A stretch of DNA of 64,000 nucleotides, from positions 70,744-134,743 of the forward strand of contig JAHJCU010000008.1 in the NCBI GenBank assembly GCA_018812925.1, written 5' to 3'. A program made the position numbers and the translations under genes. This document shows, one piece after another, positions 63,687 to 64,000 of this stretch. The DNA comes from Candidatus Omnitrophota bacterium. Its GTDB lineage: Bacteria; CAIJMQ01. Below the pieces are notes generated by a model, which was not told the DNA's origin, did no database searches, and worked only from the letters and a program-made list of their open reading frames with translations. Each line of letters opens with the position of its first letter. The first letter of the stretch is position 1.

Positions 63687-64000
63687 CTAAAACTTATTAA
63701 TAATTTTACAAATCTTTGGCCTTTTAGAAAACACACGGGAATTATTGGATGTAATATTTTTCAGAGAAAAAATTTGCTTCCACTTAAGCCCGTTACCACC
63801 ACGAATAATCACATTTATCTCATCACTATGACTCAACTCTTTACCATGGTAATAACCATCTTTTTTACCGAACCACCATCCATCAAAAACAAAATATTTA
63901 TTTTCAGCATCTTTAACTACTACTGGAACTTTATATTTTCTTTTTAGAAAAAGATTTTGGTAGAAAGTCGCCGGAACTAATTCAGGAATAAATTCATTAA
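63687..64000 (-). CDS. hypothetical protein, C-terminal 103 aa (the gene starts beyond the right window edge)
   Basis: Manual translation: ...EFIPELVPATFYQNLFLKRKYKVPVVVKDAENKYFVFDGWWFGKKDGYYHGKELSHSDEINVIIRGGNGLKWKQIFSLKNITSNNSRVFSKRPKICKIINKF*. The reading frame stays open to the edge. Confidence 0.5.
   Translation of the reverse strand, partial: NEFIPELVPATFYQNLFLKRKYKVPVVVKDAENKYFVFDGWWFGKKDGYYHGKELSHSDEINVIIRGGNGLKWKQIFSLKNITSNNSRVFSKRPKICKIINKF

Overview
AT-rich bacterial chromosomal segment that looks like core genome. It holds about 69 tightly packed CDS and 4 tRNAs (Phe-GAA, Arg-TCT, Pro-CGG, Thr-CGT), with no rRNA, CRISPR array, transposase, prophage or recognisable defence genes.

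Gene content: a two-component block (REC, REC-GAF-PAS-HK-HTH, membrane HK) co-directional with fabF and a B12-binding radical SAM gene; a Xer-type recombinase; topA, hisA/hisB, cutA, a MATE pump, a nitroreductase, uvrC, murJ, mtnA, a pseudopilin, purB, family-4 UDG, cinA, thpR, recA and rplI. proB and proA are separated by a roughly 3.2 kb insert. Then come apbE, an rnfC-like gene, ribD-ribE-ribBA-ribH-nusB, mutS, thi4/cysE, DUF1343/NamZ, ogt, hsp20-lon, groEL (no groES), a type IV pilin, OmpA-LysM and PG-binding proteins, aroB plus an HMGL-like aldolase, a GIY-YIG protein and miaB. The lineage cannot be assigned without a database search.

I found no novel protein-coding system. The unusual signal is in the repeats:
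1. A GC-rich imperfect palindrome (CCTGCCCG-N-CAGGCGGG) occurs in spacers and also in-frame inside conserved genes (uvrC twice, ribD nested, ogt tandem), much like Rickettsia palindromic elements.
2. A second inverted-repeat family (CCCCGTTAGAAGT / ACTTCTAACGGGG) forms the pilin terminator, brackets the cysE leader and sits in-frame in the NamZ-like gene.
3. A 65-nt three-hairpin element has three copies with compensatory stem changes, each just downstream of a CDS in the sense orientation.
4. Most intergenic spacers are long imperfect hairpins whose arms are degenerate 7-nt (sometimes 11-nt) periodic word arrays. The same heptamer arrays intrude into the topA tail and into miaB.
5. A duplicated proA 5' end and a shared 22-nt upstream motif mark the small accessory islet between proB and proA.

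All calls come from reading the sequence and the ORF translations. Repeat boundaries are good to a few nt, and nothing was checked against databases.
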